Assembly (NCBI GenBank): GCA_951406725.2
Contig: OX597819.1
Location: 97,960,001-98,024,000 of the forward strand
From: Octopus vulgaris
Taxonomy: Eukaryota
Direction of reading: 5' to 3'
Length of the DNA stretch: 64,000 bases
Made by a program: the position numbers and the translations under genes. This document shows, in pieces, positions 1 to 14,597 of this stretch (the stretch's first letter is position 1; every line of letters starts with the position of its first letter). The notes under the pieces are model-generated. The model was not told where the DNA came from. It worked only from the letters and a program-made list of their open reading frames with translations, and ran no database searches.

Positions 1-12
1 AAGATAAAAGAT

Positions 13-53
<41 letters not shown>

Positions 54-54
54 A

Positions 55-92
<38 letters not shown>

Positions 93-180
93 TATACACA
101 CCTATATATTTTTTTATATATTTATACATACATATAAACATATATACATATATACATACATACATACATACATATATATA

Positions 181-319
181 ACTTCGATATGTTTCGATCA
201 AAGATTGGTGCAGGCCATGTCTAACTTAGTAAGACCACCTGGTAGGATTAGCTAAATCCTTTTTAAGTCAAGTTTGTGGTAGCATGGTCCATTTGAGTAG
301 GGAGTTCTTGTTGAGTGAG
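181..319 (-). mobile_element. 3' end of the same CR1-group LINE
   Basis: The reverse complement matches 35238-35374 (cactcaacaagaactc..aaacttgactt..aagttagacatggcctg..tcgaaacatat). Confidence 0.75.
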
Positions 320-336
320 CACATTACACATACATG

Positions 337-368
<32 letters not shown>

Positions 369-402
369 TGTATGTATGTATGTATGTATGTATGTATGTA
401 TG

Positions 403-464
<62 letters not shown>

Positions 465-531
465 ATATGTATATACGTATTTGTGTGTATGCGTGTGTAT
501 GTATATGTATATGTTTGTGTGTGTATGTGTG

Positions 532-564
<33 letters not shown>

Positions 565-574
565 CTATGTCGGT

Positions 575-792
575 GTCTGTGTCTGTGTATATTTTGCCCC
601 CAACATTGCTTGAAAACCGATGCTGGTGTGTTTACGTCCGTAACTTAGCGGTTCGGCATAAGTATCCGATCGAATAAGTACCAGGCTCACAAAGAAGAAG
701 TCCTGGGGTCGATTTGTTTGAGTAAAGGCGGTGTTCAAGCATGGCCACAGTCAAATGACTGAAACAATTATGAGAATAAAAGTATAAAAGAA
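575..792 (+). mobile_element. SINE family A 3' half (similar partial copies at 1975-2135-, 2245-2450+, 4785-5055+, 20715-20920+, 28190-28360+, 34105-34238+, 38110-38420+, 61310-61640-)
   Basis: Matches the family A body and tail. Confidence 0.8.
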
Positions 793-1034
793 TATATGTA
801 TGTGTGTATGAAGGTAGGTAGGTATGGATTAAGGGGAAAATAAGTGCGCGTAATAAAGAACTCAACGCTTTAGGGGCGGAGTTTCTTTGTAAACACACAA
901 CCACACACACACACACACACAATACACAAACGAACATAGGCACACTCATACACACAGATGTACGCACACACAACACATACCTATACGCACATACACACAC
1001 ACACACACATGCACGTATGTATGCTCGTATATAT

Positions 1035-1145
1035 GTCATTATTCAATTTTATTTCAAACTTTCTTACCAATTGAGAAAGACCTGTTTCTTAACCTACATC
1101 CAAAGCTCCTCCATGGGAACCTTCACATGAACATGGTATTTTTGC
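1035..1145 (-). mobile_element. Solo 3' UTR end of the same R4-like family
   Basis: Similar to 14598-14710 (gtcattattca..tttatttcaa..ttcttaccaat..ctaaccta.atcca..ggtatttttg). Confidence 0.65.
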
Positions 1146-1306
1146 ATGTATGTGTATACATGTGCCGTACCTATAGTCATACATATATATGCATGTATGT
1201 ATGCATCTATTAAACTCTCTCTCTTTCTTTCTCTCTCTCTCTCTCTATTTCATATATATATATATGTATATATATGAATGTATATATATACATATATATA
1301 TGTATA

Positions 1307-1409
<103 letters not shown>

Positions 1410-1433
1410 TATATATATATATACATACATACA

Positions 1434-1465
<32 letters not shown>

Positions 1466-2140
1466 CTGCATATACATATACATATATATATATATATATA
1501 TGAGAATTCATATAGAATCAGGTACCTGAAAAGATATGCATCAGGTAGGGTTGGATAAACCTGTAAATCCGGACTATGGTTGGTAAGTATCAAATAGTAT
1601 ATACCACTTCTGTACTCAGAGAAAACCAATCCAATCAGTATTTGGCACCTCGGTATTACAGTGTGTCGTGAGATTATATATACACATTCTGATCGTGGAA
1701 TATATTATTCTATAAGAATTCATTTTAATGACAAATATTGCATGTTGGACTTTTCATTACTTTGTTTCCACGATGAAATACGGCATATAAGGCACGTAAA
1801 CAGCAATGACTGTTGTATGTATGCATGCATGTATGTATGTATGTATGTATGTATGTATGTATGTATGTATGTATGTATGTATGTATGTATGTATGCATGT
1901 ATATATGTATGTATAAGCATGCATGTAGGAGTGGCTGTGTGGTAAGTAACACCAGTTGTCAAGTTGTGGTGCGGCACAGACACAAAGACACACACAGATA
2001 TGTATGCATGTATATACGACGGGCTTCTTCCAGTTTCCGTCTACTAAATTCACCTTCAAGACTTCAGTTTGCCCGAGGCTAGAGTAGAAGTCATTTGCCC
2101 AAGGTGTCACGCAATGGGACTGAACCCAGAGGCATATACA

Positions 2141-2244
<104 letters not shown>

Positions 2245-2460
2245 TGCCTCGCTCTGTGGTAAGAAGCTTGCTTCCTAACAACATAGTTTAGGTCCGCTGC
2301 GAGGCACCCTGATCAAGCACCTTCTACTATAACCTCGGGCCGACCAAAGCCTTGTGAGTGGATATGGTAGAAGAAAATTGGGAGAGGCCGTCGTATATAT
2401 ATATATATATGTTTGTGTGTCTTTATGTTTATCTCCTACCACCGCTCGACATATACATAC

Positions 2461-2533
<73 letters not shown>

Positions 2534-2675
2534 TATATATATATATACATATATATATACATATATATATATACATACATATGTATATATATATATGTAT
2601 ATACATACATACATATATATATATACACATATATGTATACATGCATACATATATGCATGTATATATAAATATACA

Positions 2676-2712
<37 letters not shown>

Positions 2713-2717
2713 ATTAT

Positions 2718-2763
<46 letters not shown>

Positions 2764-3077
2764 TTTAATAATAATAATAATAATTGCAAGCAGTTTGAAG
2801 ATGACTCAAGGTCCGGCAGTTTTGTTCGTTGGCAGCACTTTAATAAGTGCCTACGCTCTAAACTCGTGGCCATTGAGTCACTGTGTAACTTCTGCCGATT
2901 ATCAATTAAAAACGTATATATACTTATGTTTTAAATTCAGTTCCCTGTTTGCATCACCAAACCTGTATATATATGTACATATATTCATGTATGCATATGT
3001 GTATGTGCGTGCGTGTGTGGGTTTGTCTGTGTCTGTGAGTCTGTGTCTGTGTGCGTGTGTGTGTGCGTGCGTGTATA

Positions 3078-3556
3078 GGCGTGGGTATGTGGTAAGAAGC
3101 TTACTTCCCAACCACATGGTTCCGGGTTCAGTCCCACTGCGTGACGCCATAGGCAAGTGTCTTCTACTATAGCGTCGAGTCGACCGAAGCCTTGTGAGTA
3201 GATTTAGCAGGCGGAAACTGAAAGAAGCCTATCGTATATATATATAAATATATATATATATATACACACACACACAAACACACACACATATATATATATA
3301 TATATGTATATGTATGTATCTACGTCTGTGTGTGTGTGTTTCTGTCTGTGTTTGTCCCTCTATAACCTTTTGATAACAGGTGTTGGTGTGTTTATCTTCT
3401 AGTAACTTAGCGGTTGGAAATGAAGAGCGATAGAACAAGTGGTAGGCTTTAAAAAATTGCCCTGGTCGATTTGTTCGGCTAAAGCCCTTCAAGGCGGTGC
3501 TCCAACATGGCCGTTTTGAAGTGACTGAAACAAGTAAAATAGTAAAAGCATAAAAG
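3078..3556 (+). mobile_element. tRNA-derived SINE, family A (internal TA/TG microsatellite, aaaag-type tail)
   Basis: A-box-like tgtggtaag and B-box-like ggttcagtcc in the head. Body aaccgatgctggtgtgtttacgtccccgtaacttagcggttcggc is shared by more than 12 copies in the window. Confidence 0.85.
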
Positions 3557-3573
3557 TATATATATGCGCGCAT

Positions 3574-3660
<87 letters not shown>

Positions 3661-3843
3661 CATGTGTGTGCTTTTAAGGAAAAGGGGTACTATTGTACAG
3701 GATCCGACGGGTCTGGGGGACGCACTGGCGCCTGACGCAGTTATCCGTTTGTCCGATCCAGTCGAACTGATCGGCCGATGCCACCTTGGACGGTCAGTAA
3801 TGAAGACGACAACGTTGAAAATGATGGTGACGATAATGAATGC

Positions 3844-4071
3844 GGCGAACTGGCTGAAACGTTAGCACGCCGGGCGAAATGCGTAGCCGTATTTCGTCTA
3901 CCGTTACGTTCTGAGTTCAAATTCCGCCGAGGTCGACTTTGCCTTTCATCCTTTCGGGGTCGATAAATTAAGTACCAGTTACGCACTGGGATCGATGTAA
4001 TCGACTTAATTCGTTTGTCTGTCCTTGTTAGTCCCGTCTGTGTTTAGCCCCTTGTGGGTAGTAAAGAAATA
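3844..4071 (+). mobile_element. tRNA-derived SINE, family B (other copies 19010-19205+, 24005-24225+, 28780-29240+ twice, 47845-48050-, 58840-58990-)
   Basis: Head ggc..gctggcagaaacgttagc, B-box-like gagttcaaattcc, and conserved centre gaggtcgactttgcctttcatcctttcggggtcgataaattaagtaccag. Confidence 0.85.
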
Positions 4072-4077
4072 GATAAT

Positions 4078-4385
4078 GGAGGCGCAATGGCCCAGTGGTT
4101 AGGGCAGCGGACTCGCGGTCATAATATCGCGGTTTCGATTCCCAGACCGGGCGTTGTGAGTGTTTATTGAGCGAAAACACCTAAAAAGCTCTACGAGGCT
4201 CCGGCAGGGGATGGTGGTGATCCCTGCTGTACTCTTTCACCACAACTTTCTCTCACTCTTACTTCCTGTTTCTGTTGTACCTGTATTTAAGGCCCTCATG
4301 CTTTCCGAAATCGTCGAAACTACACCTGATTATATATGCACTTTAGATGAGTTGTAGTGCACCTGAGCATCTGTACACAATGTCC
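4078..4385 (+). mobile_element. tRNA-derived SINE, family C (possibly tRNA-Arg-like head; related heads at 24735-25030 and 50862-51180)
   Basis: A box tggcccagtgg and B box ggtttcgattcc, followed by a non-tRNA body. Confidence 0.75.
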
Positions 4386-4812
4386 CAGTAAAGAAATAGA
4401 TAATAATTATGATACATGTATGCATATGTGCTTGCGCGCGTGTGCTCCTGTGTGTGCGTGTTTGTGTGTGTGTGTGTACGTGTGTTTGTGCGTGTAGTAG
4501 CGGTAGCTAGGTTAATGTAATTAAAAGTGTTCCACTGTAAGTAGTGTGTTACCTCAGGTCTTCCGTATATAAAGAAACTTGACACTGTTTGACAGGTGTA
4601 TATAAAAACGTTCCTTGTAGTTTAAATGCATGTTATTGTATCATTTCATCATTGCAGTTGTGATCTGTACGTTGTGATTAGTGCATACACACAGAAACAC
4701 ACACACATGTATATATATTCATATATATATACACACACACATTCATAGAAACATAAGTTTAGGATTTATATAGCCAAATCCTCGTGAGAAACTGAAAGAA
4801 ACCTGTCGTATA

Positions 4813-4897
<85 letters not shown>

Positions 4898-5135
4898 CGT
4901 GTGTTCGTGTGTCTGTGTTTGTCCCTCCACCATCGCTTGACAACCGATGCTGGTGTGTTTACGGCCCCGTAACTTAGCCGCTCGGCGCAAGGAACCGATA
5001 GAATAAGTACGAGGTCGATTCAGTCAAATGAATGAAACAAATAAAAGAATAAAAGCATATATGCATATATATATAGATATATGCATGTTTGTATATATAT
5101 ATTACCTATATCAGTATGTATATAATCACACACAC

Positions 5136-5218
<83 letters not shown>

Positions 5219-5280
5219 CATCTATCTAGCTAGCTGGCTAGCTATTTATATATATATATAAAGTTAATCCATCTGTGTGC

Positions 5281-5363
<83 letters not shown>

Positions 5364-5524
5364 CATCTAGCTAGCTAGCTGGCTAGCTATGTACATATAT
5401 ATATAGCTAGCTAGCTGGCTAGCTATGTATATATATATATAAAGTTAATCCAAACAAGAAAACAAAAAACAACAACGCAAGGATGTGGAACAAATAAAGT
5501 ATTATTGGACGCTCAGGAAAGAAT

Positions 5525-5561
<37 letters not shown>

Positions 5562-5692
5562 GGAAAGAGATCACAATTGTTTACCGCTTTGTCGTCTCTT
5601 TTCTTATCACCGCTCTGTACTCAACTAAAGCATCTTTCAGAAGTACACGTATATTGAACTCTACCCCAGTTATTAGTATCCCAATGCCTAAA

Positions 5693-5772
<80 letters not shown>

Positions 5773-5895
5773 CCATATATATATACATGAATATTTGTGT
5801 ATGTATAAACGTATGTATGTCTGTGTGTGTGTGTGTGATTATTCAAAAAGGCGAGAAAAAGAGACAGAGAGAGAAAGAGAGAGAGAGTGAGAAAG

Positions 5896-5930
<35 letters not shown>

Positions 5931-6308
5931 GTGTTTAGAACACGTGACATCTACCACGTGGTATGCTCCTGTGTAGTTTCCAGCCATTCACAGCAGCCAG
6001 TAATCAGTGTGTTGACTGAACAGAGGGGATACTAATATACACACACCCACTAAAGCTTCGATCTTGTCCTGCAATCTCTCTAACTCACGTAAGTTATATA
6101 TTTTTACACTGTATGTCTACTTCTATATATATATATATATATATATATGCTTGCTAATTATGTATCTACGTATTTGAATGTATGTATTGATTGTTTGTTT
6201 GTGTGTATATACATATATATTATAAATAGGTATGCATATTTATTATAATAAATAATACTTACTTCTAAGTGTGTACGTAGACATGCACGCGTACAAACAT
6301 GCATGAAT

Positions 6309-6382
<74 letters not shown>

Positions 6383-7127
6383 TCATTTCTACTTCTGTGA
6401 TTTTTGTTGGTTCATGTCGTAATAATTTTGACGCCCAAGCTGGAGCACTATCTTATGTCATGCTTCTAACGCATAAAGTATTTTATATTTCTCGACATTC
6501 ACTGGTTATCAATGCTTATACGTGTGTGTAATATCTATATATTTTACCTTGTGTGTACATGCGCCTGTGTGCTTGTATTTTTGTGTGTGTACCGGTGTGT
6601 TTGCGTATGTGGGTGCGTGCATGTATTGTGTAATGCAAGTGTACAGCCATAGCAGAATGATTAAGAAGTGCGCTTTGGTTCGATTCCAGTGCGGGTTACT
6701 GCGTAAATGTCTTTAACTTGGGGTAAATGTTAGCGTTGTAACAGGCCTAGGTTGGTACAATCTTCAGTCGCCTATCGGACAGACTCTACCTGTACTTCAA
6801 TAAATAGTCTAGTCTCTCATATTGATGCTAAGGAGTGCTTTCAGAAGTCCCTCGCTGTAAAGTGTTTTGTTTCTCACACATGTTAGTTCTTCCTGCTAGA
6901 AATAACAGTCACAGTTCATTCAAATCACAACAAAGGAAGGATACTCTGGATGATACAGTGTTGGGTACATTGTCTTACTATGAGATGATGTGAGATGATA
7001 TCGTTATGTCTGTGATCATTGGGCCGCCTCACCACCAGTGGATGACCTGGGAGTAAACAACATATTTATGTTGTAGAAAATAACTGTGTGATTATATATA
7101 TAAAATGAAAAGATACTGAGTGTTCGA

Positions 7128-7187
<60 letters not shown>

Positions 7188-7438
7188 ATGTGTGTGTGTG
7201 GCTATAATTAGTGTTTTATATAGTAAAAATGAGTGTTTGTGTATGTGTGAAAGCAGCAGTGAATGAATGAAACAATCCCTGTAAGTGTAGAGTTATATAA
7301 TGTTGGTTTTACGTTGCTACATCTATCTATCCATCCAGCTATCTACTATCTAATACATTTCCATACATGTACGTGAGTATGTACACGCACGCACACACAC
7401 ACATAGGTATATATGTACACATATATATGTACACACAC

Positions 7439-7473
<35 letters not shown>

Positions 7474-7568
7474 TATATGTACATACACACATACACACAT
7501 ATAAAGGTATACTTATAAGGGATATATATGAATATATACAATATATACATACATATATATTATATATG

Positions 7569-7603
<35 letters not shown>

Positions 7604-7637
7604 CATACATACATACATAAATATGTATGTATAATTC

Positions 7638-7681
<44 letters not shown>

Positions 7682-7696
7682 CATACATACACATGC

Positions 7697-7796
<100 letters not shown>

Positions 7797-8341
7797 GTAT
7801 ATATATATATATATAATGTTTACATATATATAATAAGTTGGAAGCTCATACAGTTTGTATATGATCATTCATATATCTGTGTATGTAATGAGGTGTGTAT
7901 ATGTGTATACGTAATAATGTTGTATATGTGTGCGTTCGTAGGTGTATGAACCAAGTTATGTGTGTATAAGTGGGTGTGTGTGTTTTTAAGTAAATACAAG
8001 GCGGGAAATGTATGACAGATGCGTATATAAAGTGTGTGTACGTATATATGAGTGTGTACGTGCGTTGGGGGAAGCGGTAGGGATGTCAGTGATAGAACCC
8101 GGTATGCTTAACCCCAGGCTGACCTTGCTCTAACAAAGCTATGATCAGAACCATTGCAACTGCTGTCATCTCATTTTGTGTACGTTGGAGTACACATCTA
8201 ATTTAAAATTAGTTTGCTTTATATGTATATGTGCTTGTATGTATGTTTGTATGCATGTATATGTGTGTGCTTGTATGTAAGTGTCTATGTATGGATATAC
8301 ATGTATTACATATACATGAATATATATATATGTATGTACAT

Positions 8342-8561
8342 ATAGAATGGTTGTATACTGTCAATCTAAAGTGACCGTGACAGTAGGGGGTTACACCACC
8401 GCTGTTTAGCCCTAGGAAGCATCGACGTCTCCTGATGGCTTTGAGAAAAAAAATGTGTCAAAGCCATCAGGAGGCGTCAATGCTTCCTAAGGCTAAACAG
8501 CGGTGGTGTAACCCCCCTACTGTCACGTTCACGTTAGATTGACAGCATACAACCATTCTAT
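8342..8561. repeat. About 103-bp inverted repeat with a 13-nt loop, probable PLE-derived fold-back
   Basis: Arms 8342-8444 and 8458-8561 are complementary, with about 6 substitutions and 1 indel. TA-rich flanks. Confidence 0.9.
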
Positions 8562-9375
8562 CGCCTCACCACCGAACATATCTATATGAGAGATTTAGAA
8601 ATTTAATATTTCTGATTATGTACATATAGTTGTATGTAAATATGTATGTATAAATGCTGTAGTCTTATCATAAACATGACAAGTTCTCTTGTACTGGTGT
8701 CACTGTTTATAGGAAGGGCGCCTAGTTGAAGACACCAGCCAAAAATGTTGCTTATGAGCAAGACCGGGCCCCCGCCCACCTGTCTACGATGACATTCACT
8801 CAAATAAGACTTAATTCACTGCTAGGCGTCTAACCCATGCTAGCATCGAAATGGACTTAATATAATAATGATGATGATAAAGTTGTATGATGAGTAAAGT
8901 GTGTGTATGCTATATATGTAAAAGATTATGTATTGTGATGGCCCAAATAACTTGATGCTTGTCATAAATGTGACTACTTTCAGTATAGTTTCAGACCAAC
9001 TATAAATGTTCATTTGTTTCAAAGAATGTGCTTTAAAATTATTATTTCAACGTATATGTGAATATATATAATTATACACACACACACGCACACACATACA
9101 TATATGTAATTATATATATATATATATAATTATATATATATATATGAATATATATATCTTACATTATTTTATATTATATTACATATCATATGTATGCATT
9201 ATATTATATCAAATATATGTGTGTGTGTATACATCCATACATAAATACATACATACATATGAGGTACGCCTGAACTCTGTATACAATAATAAATTCATTA
9301 GATAATACATATGTACATACATATATATACACACACAGACATACTCTCACACATACTCTTTCACAATGTATTTAT

Positions 9376-9438
<63 letters not shown>

Positions 9439-10727
9439 CATACATGCGTGTCTGTGTATTAATGTATGTATGTCTCTATGTCTATATGGTTCCCTTTCTC
9501 TTGTGATTGCGGTTATCGTTAAAGTCAATTTGTGTTCCATGGCAACCATTTCTTAAGATACTTCCTAAATCTCAGCAGCCATGGGGGGTTTTGGCGCGCA
9601 AGCAACTTGACGATCGCGACTGCTCCTCCTGCCTATGCCATATCTACTGTGTACACTACAGAAGATGCAGTATTTCGCAGTGGCGAACACATATGACCTC
9701 ACGAACGTCTTGACGACAACAGATACTATCGAAAAATCTGATGTCTGTTTGTTATCTCCAAAACTTCTTAAGCACAGAAGGAAGGAAGTATGCGTAGAAC
9801 TGCATGCACTTTCAGATATCACAGGTTTCCACTTACCTTTATTTTACACCAGTAGTTCTTACCTATTCTCTGTTCTCAAACATTTTCTCAACCCTTTTCT
9901 GCCTTTGATCCCTATTTTACTCGGATAGACCCTTGATGGTTAAGAAATTCCTTTATATTTTTTTTTATAATTAAATATTATAAGGAACTGTATAAAAAAT
10001 ATTGCTAAATTTTGTGCATCGTATAAATAAAATCAATTATTGGACATAAACTTTAGTAACAACATTTTATATGAATCCCAGGGACCATAAGGACCTCCAA
10101 GGGTCATAATGTCCCCGGCTGGGATCCACTGTCCAAGTCAAATGTTCTGACAAGAACTGGGTTTCCATCATTCTTAGGCGATCTTCCAGCATGTTCAATC
10201 ACTGTCACTAGTTCCAATATTCTGGTGTACCATTCATACTACCTAGTCAATGATCCTGTGCTGAGTTCATTTTATCTACTCAAAGATCTGGTCTATGCCC
10301 TGCTGGGATTCTAGGAGCCCTCACTACTAAACTAGTTAACTAACCTGGTAGGCTGTACCGGTTTAGTCGGTGACCACCCGACCATGCAACAAGTTGTACT
10401 GAATGACGTTACCTGCAGCACTCAGAAGTACCTGACACATGCAATGTGTGAATGTGTAAGTGGGTATTATGTGTGTGTATGCATGTATATATATATATAT
10501 ATACAAAAAGGGTGAAATATAATTAATTTAATAAAATTAATAAATTTCACCTAGTAGTTTTATCGGTATGGGAAAGACCATATTTGGTAAGGATTATATT
10601 AATTATAATAAAGGGTTAATTGCAACAAGTTGCTCAAAACCACATACCGAAAATATTAGAAATGGCAGCCAAATAGGTTACCATTTCTCCTACTAGTAAA
10701 AAAGAGACTTGTTTGTGGAGACATTTT

Positions 10728-10763
<36 letters not shown>

Positions 10764-11239
10764 CATATATATTATATGTGCGTGTGTGCGCGTATATGTA
10801 TGTGTGTATATATATATATATATATATCTGTATGTGTGCGTGTGTGTGTGTCAGTATGTGTGTTTGTGTGCATACACATACATATGTGTGTTTGTATATG
10901 TATGTTTTTATGTGTATGTTTTTTTTAATTATTTGTCTTACTAAAAGGAAGGAGCTGACAAAGAAACAATGCTATGTATACATAAATGCTTATAAGCCTA
11001 CATTGACATTCATTTACATGTGCATGCATACACGGGCTTGTATATTTTGATTTAGAACTGTGTCCACAATCATATGCTTGCATGTTTATACGTATGTATA
11101 TTCCTAAATAAATGCTAAACTTCATAAACGTTTCCCTTAATTTGATTGTGTTTCCTTGATAAATCACTTTCCTTCAGTTTTTATGAAGTCTAGTTCTCAA
11201 CATTGGTTCTGAGGGAGTCAGTTTAGTATATAAGTACAC

Positions 11240-11580
11240 TTTACTCTCTTTTGCTCTTTTACTTGTTTCAGTCATTTGACTGCGGCCATGCTGGAGCACC
11301 GCCTTTAATCGAGCAACTCGGGACTTATTCTTTTGTAACCCCAGTACCTATTCTATCGGTCTCTTTTGCCGAACCATTAAGTAACGGGGACATAAACACA
11401 CCAGCATCGGTTGTCAAGCAATGCTAGGGGGACAAACACAGACACAAACACACACACGTATACATATATATATATACATATATACGACGGGCTTCTTTCA
11501 GTTTCCGTCTACCAAATCCACTCACAAGGCTTTGGTCGGCCCGAGGCTATAGTAGAAGACACTTGCCCAAGGTGCTACGC
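11240..11580 (-). mobile_element. SINE family A
   Basis: Reverse complement of the family A body and part of the head. Confidence 0.85.
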
Positions 11581-12164
11581 AATAATTTTTGTAGAAATCT
11601 AAAACTTTCGTCTGACTGGAGGAATGGCAGATTTCTCATAACTTCGGCATAGAAGTTTTCTTTAGTAGACGTCTTTAACATTGTATTGATAGCTGTTGGT
11701 CAATGGATTAGGTATGTATGAATGTATTTAAATCTGTATTTGTGTGTGTTTACGTTGTTCATTATGCCTGGTCTTTTGTGCTTGCATTTTATTTAAGTCT
11801 TTTCAGAAACATTCTACCTATATTATTTCAAAATATCTGTGATTATGCCCACAGCATCATTACAGCTTCTTATATTAATTTCATCAAGATTATTCTTGTT
11901 ACGAAATTCATTATAAAAAGATCTAGTCACGATATCGAGTCGCTCTGTCATTTTCGGGACGTTTCTTATGTTACAAGGGGACATCTTCAATGCCAATTCC
12001 ACAAAACCTGCATTGTGGTCGCATCTAAGTGTTCTGCCTTCATTCTTTTTGTGCATCAAGTGTTATGTTGCTATTTTCCACTCATGTGTTACAAAAGCAC
12101 ATCCTTCACAGTGAGAGCTAATACCCCAATTATTAGTTCAGAAGGGACAACGCTGGTTACGCAC

Positions 12165-12254
<90 letters not shown>

Positions 12255-12523
12255 TTATCGATCAATCTATCTATCTACCTATCTATTATATAAATTTGTT
12301 ATGTGTATATATATATATATATATATAAATAATGCGCTTGGTTTAGATTTCCCTTGGGGGCTGCCCAGGTCGGAGCAATCTCAAGATTAATCAGCCGAAA
12401 TTGCGAAGATGATCCGGTTCTTGACTGATGACTGAGGGCTTCGAATGTCCCGTCCTGTGGTTCTTGTGTCGTCTTCTAGGTGTTTCAAGTTCTTGTCCCA
12501 GTTTGTATATATTTTTTACTTTT

Positions 12524-12558
<35 letters not shown>

Positions 12559-12794
12559 TATACATATATATATATATATAAATCTAGAAATTCTTGCTTA
12601 AGTGTTACTGTTGTCCAAACTCTCAATGAAGGACAGTCAATAAAACTACCATAAACCAAGAAGACAAGAACCCCTCAACGAAATCAACACTGCGAAAATG
12701 AAGGGCAACTTAGAACAACGAAGCTACAAGGTATAAAAGATTCATGAACAACGAGCGTATCAAACACACACACACACACACATGCTAGCACGCA

Positions 12795-12826
<32 letters not shown>

Positions 12827-12844
12827 GACACACGTATTTATCCC

Positions 12845-13215
12845 TTATCTTTTACTTGTTCCAGTCTTTAGACTGCAGCCATGTTGGGCACCGCCTTGAG
12901 GAATTTTTAGTTGAATTAATCGACACCGGTTTCTTTTTTTTTTTTCTAAGCCTGGTACATATTCTGTCGATGTCTTTGTCGAATCGCTAAGTTAGGAGAA
13001 ATAAACACATTATCATCGGTTGTCAAATAATGGTGAGGGACACAAAAATTCACGTAGATTTATACATATACCATGGGCCTCTTTCAGCTTCTGTCTACCA
13101 AATCCAGTCATAAGGCTTTAATCGGCCCGAAGCTATAGTACAAGGTGCTTGCGAAAGATGCCACGCAGTAGCCTGAACCTGGAACCATGTGGTTGGGAAG
13201 CAAACTTCTTACCAA
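12845..13215 (-). mobile_element. SINE family A (diverged)
   Basis: Reverse complement of family A with recognisable head and tail. Confidence 0.75.
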
Positions 13216-13224
13216 ACAACCGTT

Positions 13225-13302
<78 letters not shown>

Positions 13303-13387
13303 AATGTGTGTGTGTGTGTGTGAGTGTGTGTGTGTATGTGTGTGTGTGTATGTATATGTGTGTGTGTATGTGTGTGTGTGTGTGTGT

Positions 13388-13448
<61 letters not shown>

Positions 13449-13752
13449 TGTGAGTGTGTGTGTGTGTGTGTGTGAATGTGTGTGTATGTATGTGTGTGTG
13501 TGTGTGTGTGTATAAATGTTTATTCAATGATATTATTTCAAATCAATTTTAAGAATGGCAAAATAACTTTTAATAATGAAATTTTTTCTGAGCTAAGTTT
13601 CTACTGAAGGTCTAAGTTTTTGTCTGACAGCCTGTTTAACAACTGAGCAGGGTATATGTCAATTAGTGTGTTAATTAATATGTTGAGTAAAACATTGGGC
13701 AACCTGGTGTCATCCGCAGTTGGGGCATATTTCTGTTGGGTCTACTAATAAA

Positions 13753-13839
13753 AATTGATTAAGTAACCAGAAAATGGATTTGTAATTAGTCTTTAATTTA
13801 TACTAATACCAAATCCATCTTCTGGTTACTTAGTCAATT
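13753..13839. repeat. 38-bp-arm hairpin adjoining a (TA)n/(TTA)n tract
   Basis: aattgattaagtaaccagaaaatggatttgtaattagt pairs with actaataccaaatccatcttctggttacttagtcaatt. Confidence 0.85.
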
Positions 13840-13858
13840 ATAATTATATATATACATA

Positions 13859-13895
<37 letters not shown>

Positions 13896-14116
13896 TATTA
13901 TTATTGTTGTTGTTGTTGTTGTTGTTTTTGTTATTATCATTATTATTAATGTAGTATATAATATGAATTTATATCTTCAAACATATATGCATAAACACAG
14001 ACACTCACAGACACACACACACACACGTATCCAAACACGTGTATGATGATATACATATACATATATATATATATATATATATTGAATTTTTACTTTACCA
14101 TATTTTTATAAATTAA

Positions 14117-14178
<62 letters not shown>

Positions 14179-14317
14179 TATATTTACATACATGTATACA
14201 TGTACACTCGCACTCACATACATATATTACGCGTGACAGAATATATAATGTATGCATAATTTTGCACATGATTGAATATGCGGAGTGGCGCATCATCAGG
14301 CAGGTACAACAGCATGC

Positions 14318-14354
<37 letters not shown>

Positions 14355-14534
14355 GTATATATAAATACATACATACACATATATATATATATATACACTC
14401 ACACACACATGTAAATTTATGTATACACGTATATATACATATATATATATATATCAATACACATACGTACATATATTTACACATATAAATACGTATATAC
14501 GTACATACATATATGTATGTCTCCCTCTCTCTCG

Positions 14535-14568
<34 letters not shown>

Positions 14569-14597
14569 CATATACACACATACACATATGTATGTTT

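Noticed and set aside
4078-4155. tRNA gene
   Set aside because: The tRNA-like head continues into a SINE body, with no proper acceptor stem or terminator.
5137-5452. Duplicated ctagctagctggctagctat..aaagttaatcca block
   Set aside because: Simple slippage duplication within compound microsatellites, or an assembly artefact.
11718-12293. 191-aa ORF
   Set aside because: No recognisable motif or splice signals, and its length is inflated by (TCTA)n.
12415-12460. CTGATGA..CGAA hammerhead candidate
   Set aside because: GAAA and stems II and III are not formed. At most it is a decayed PLE end.
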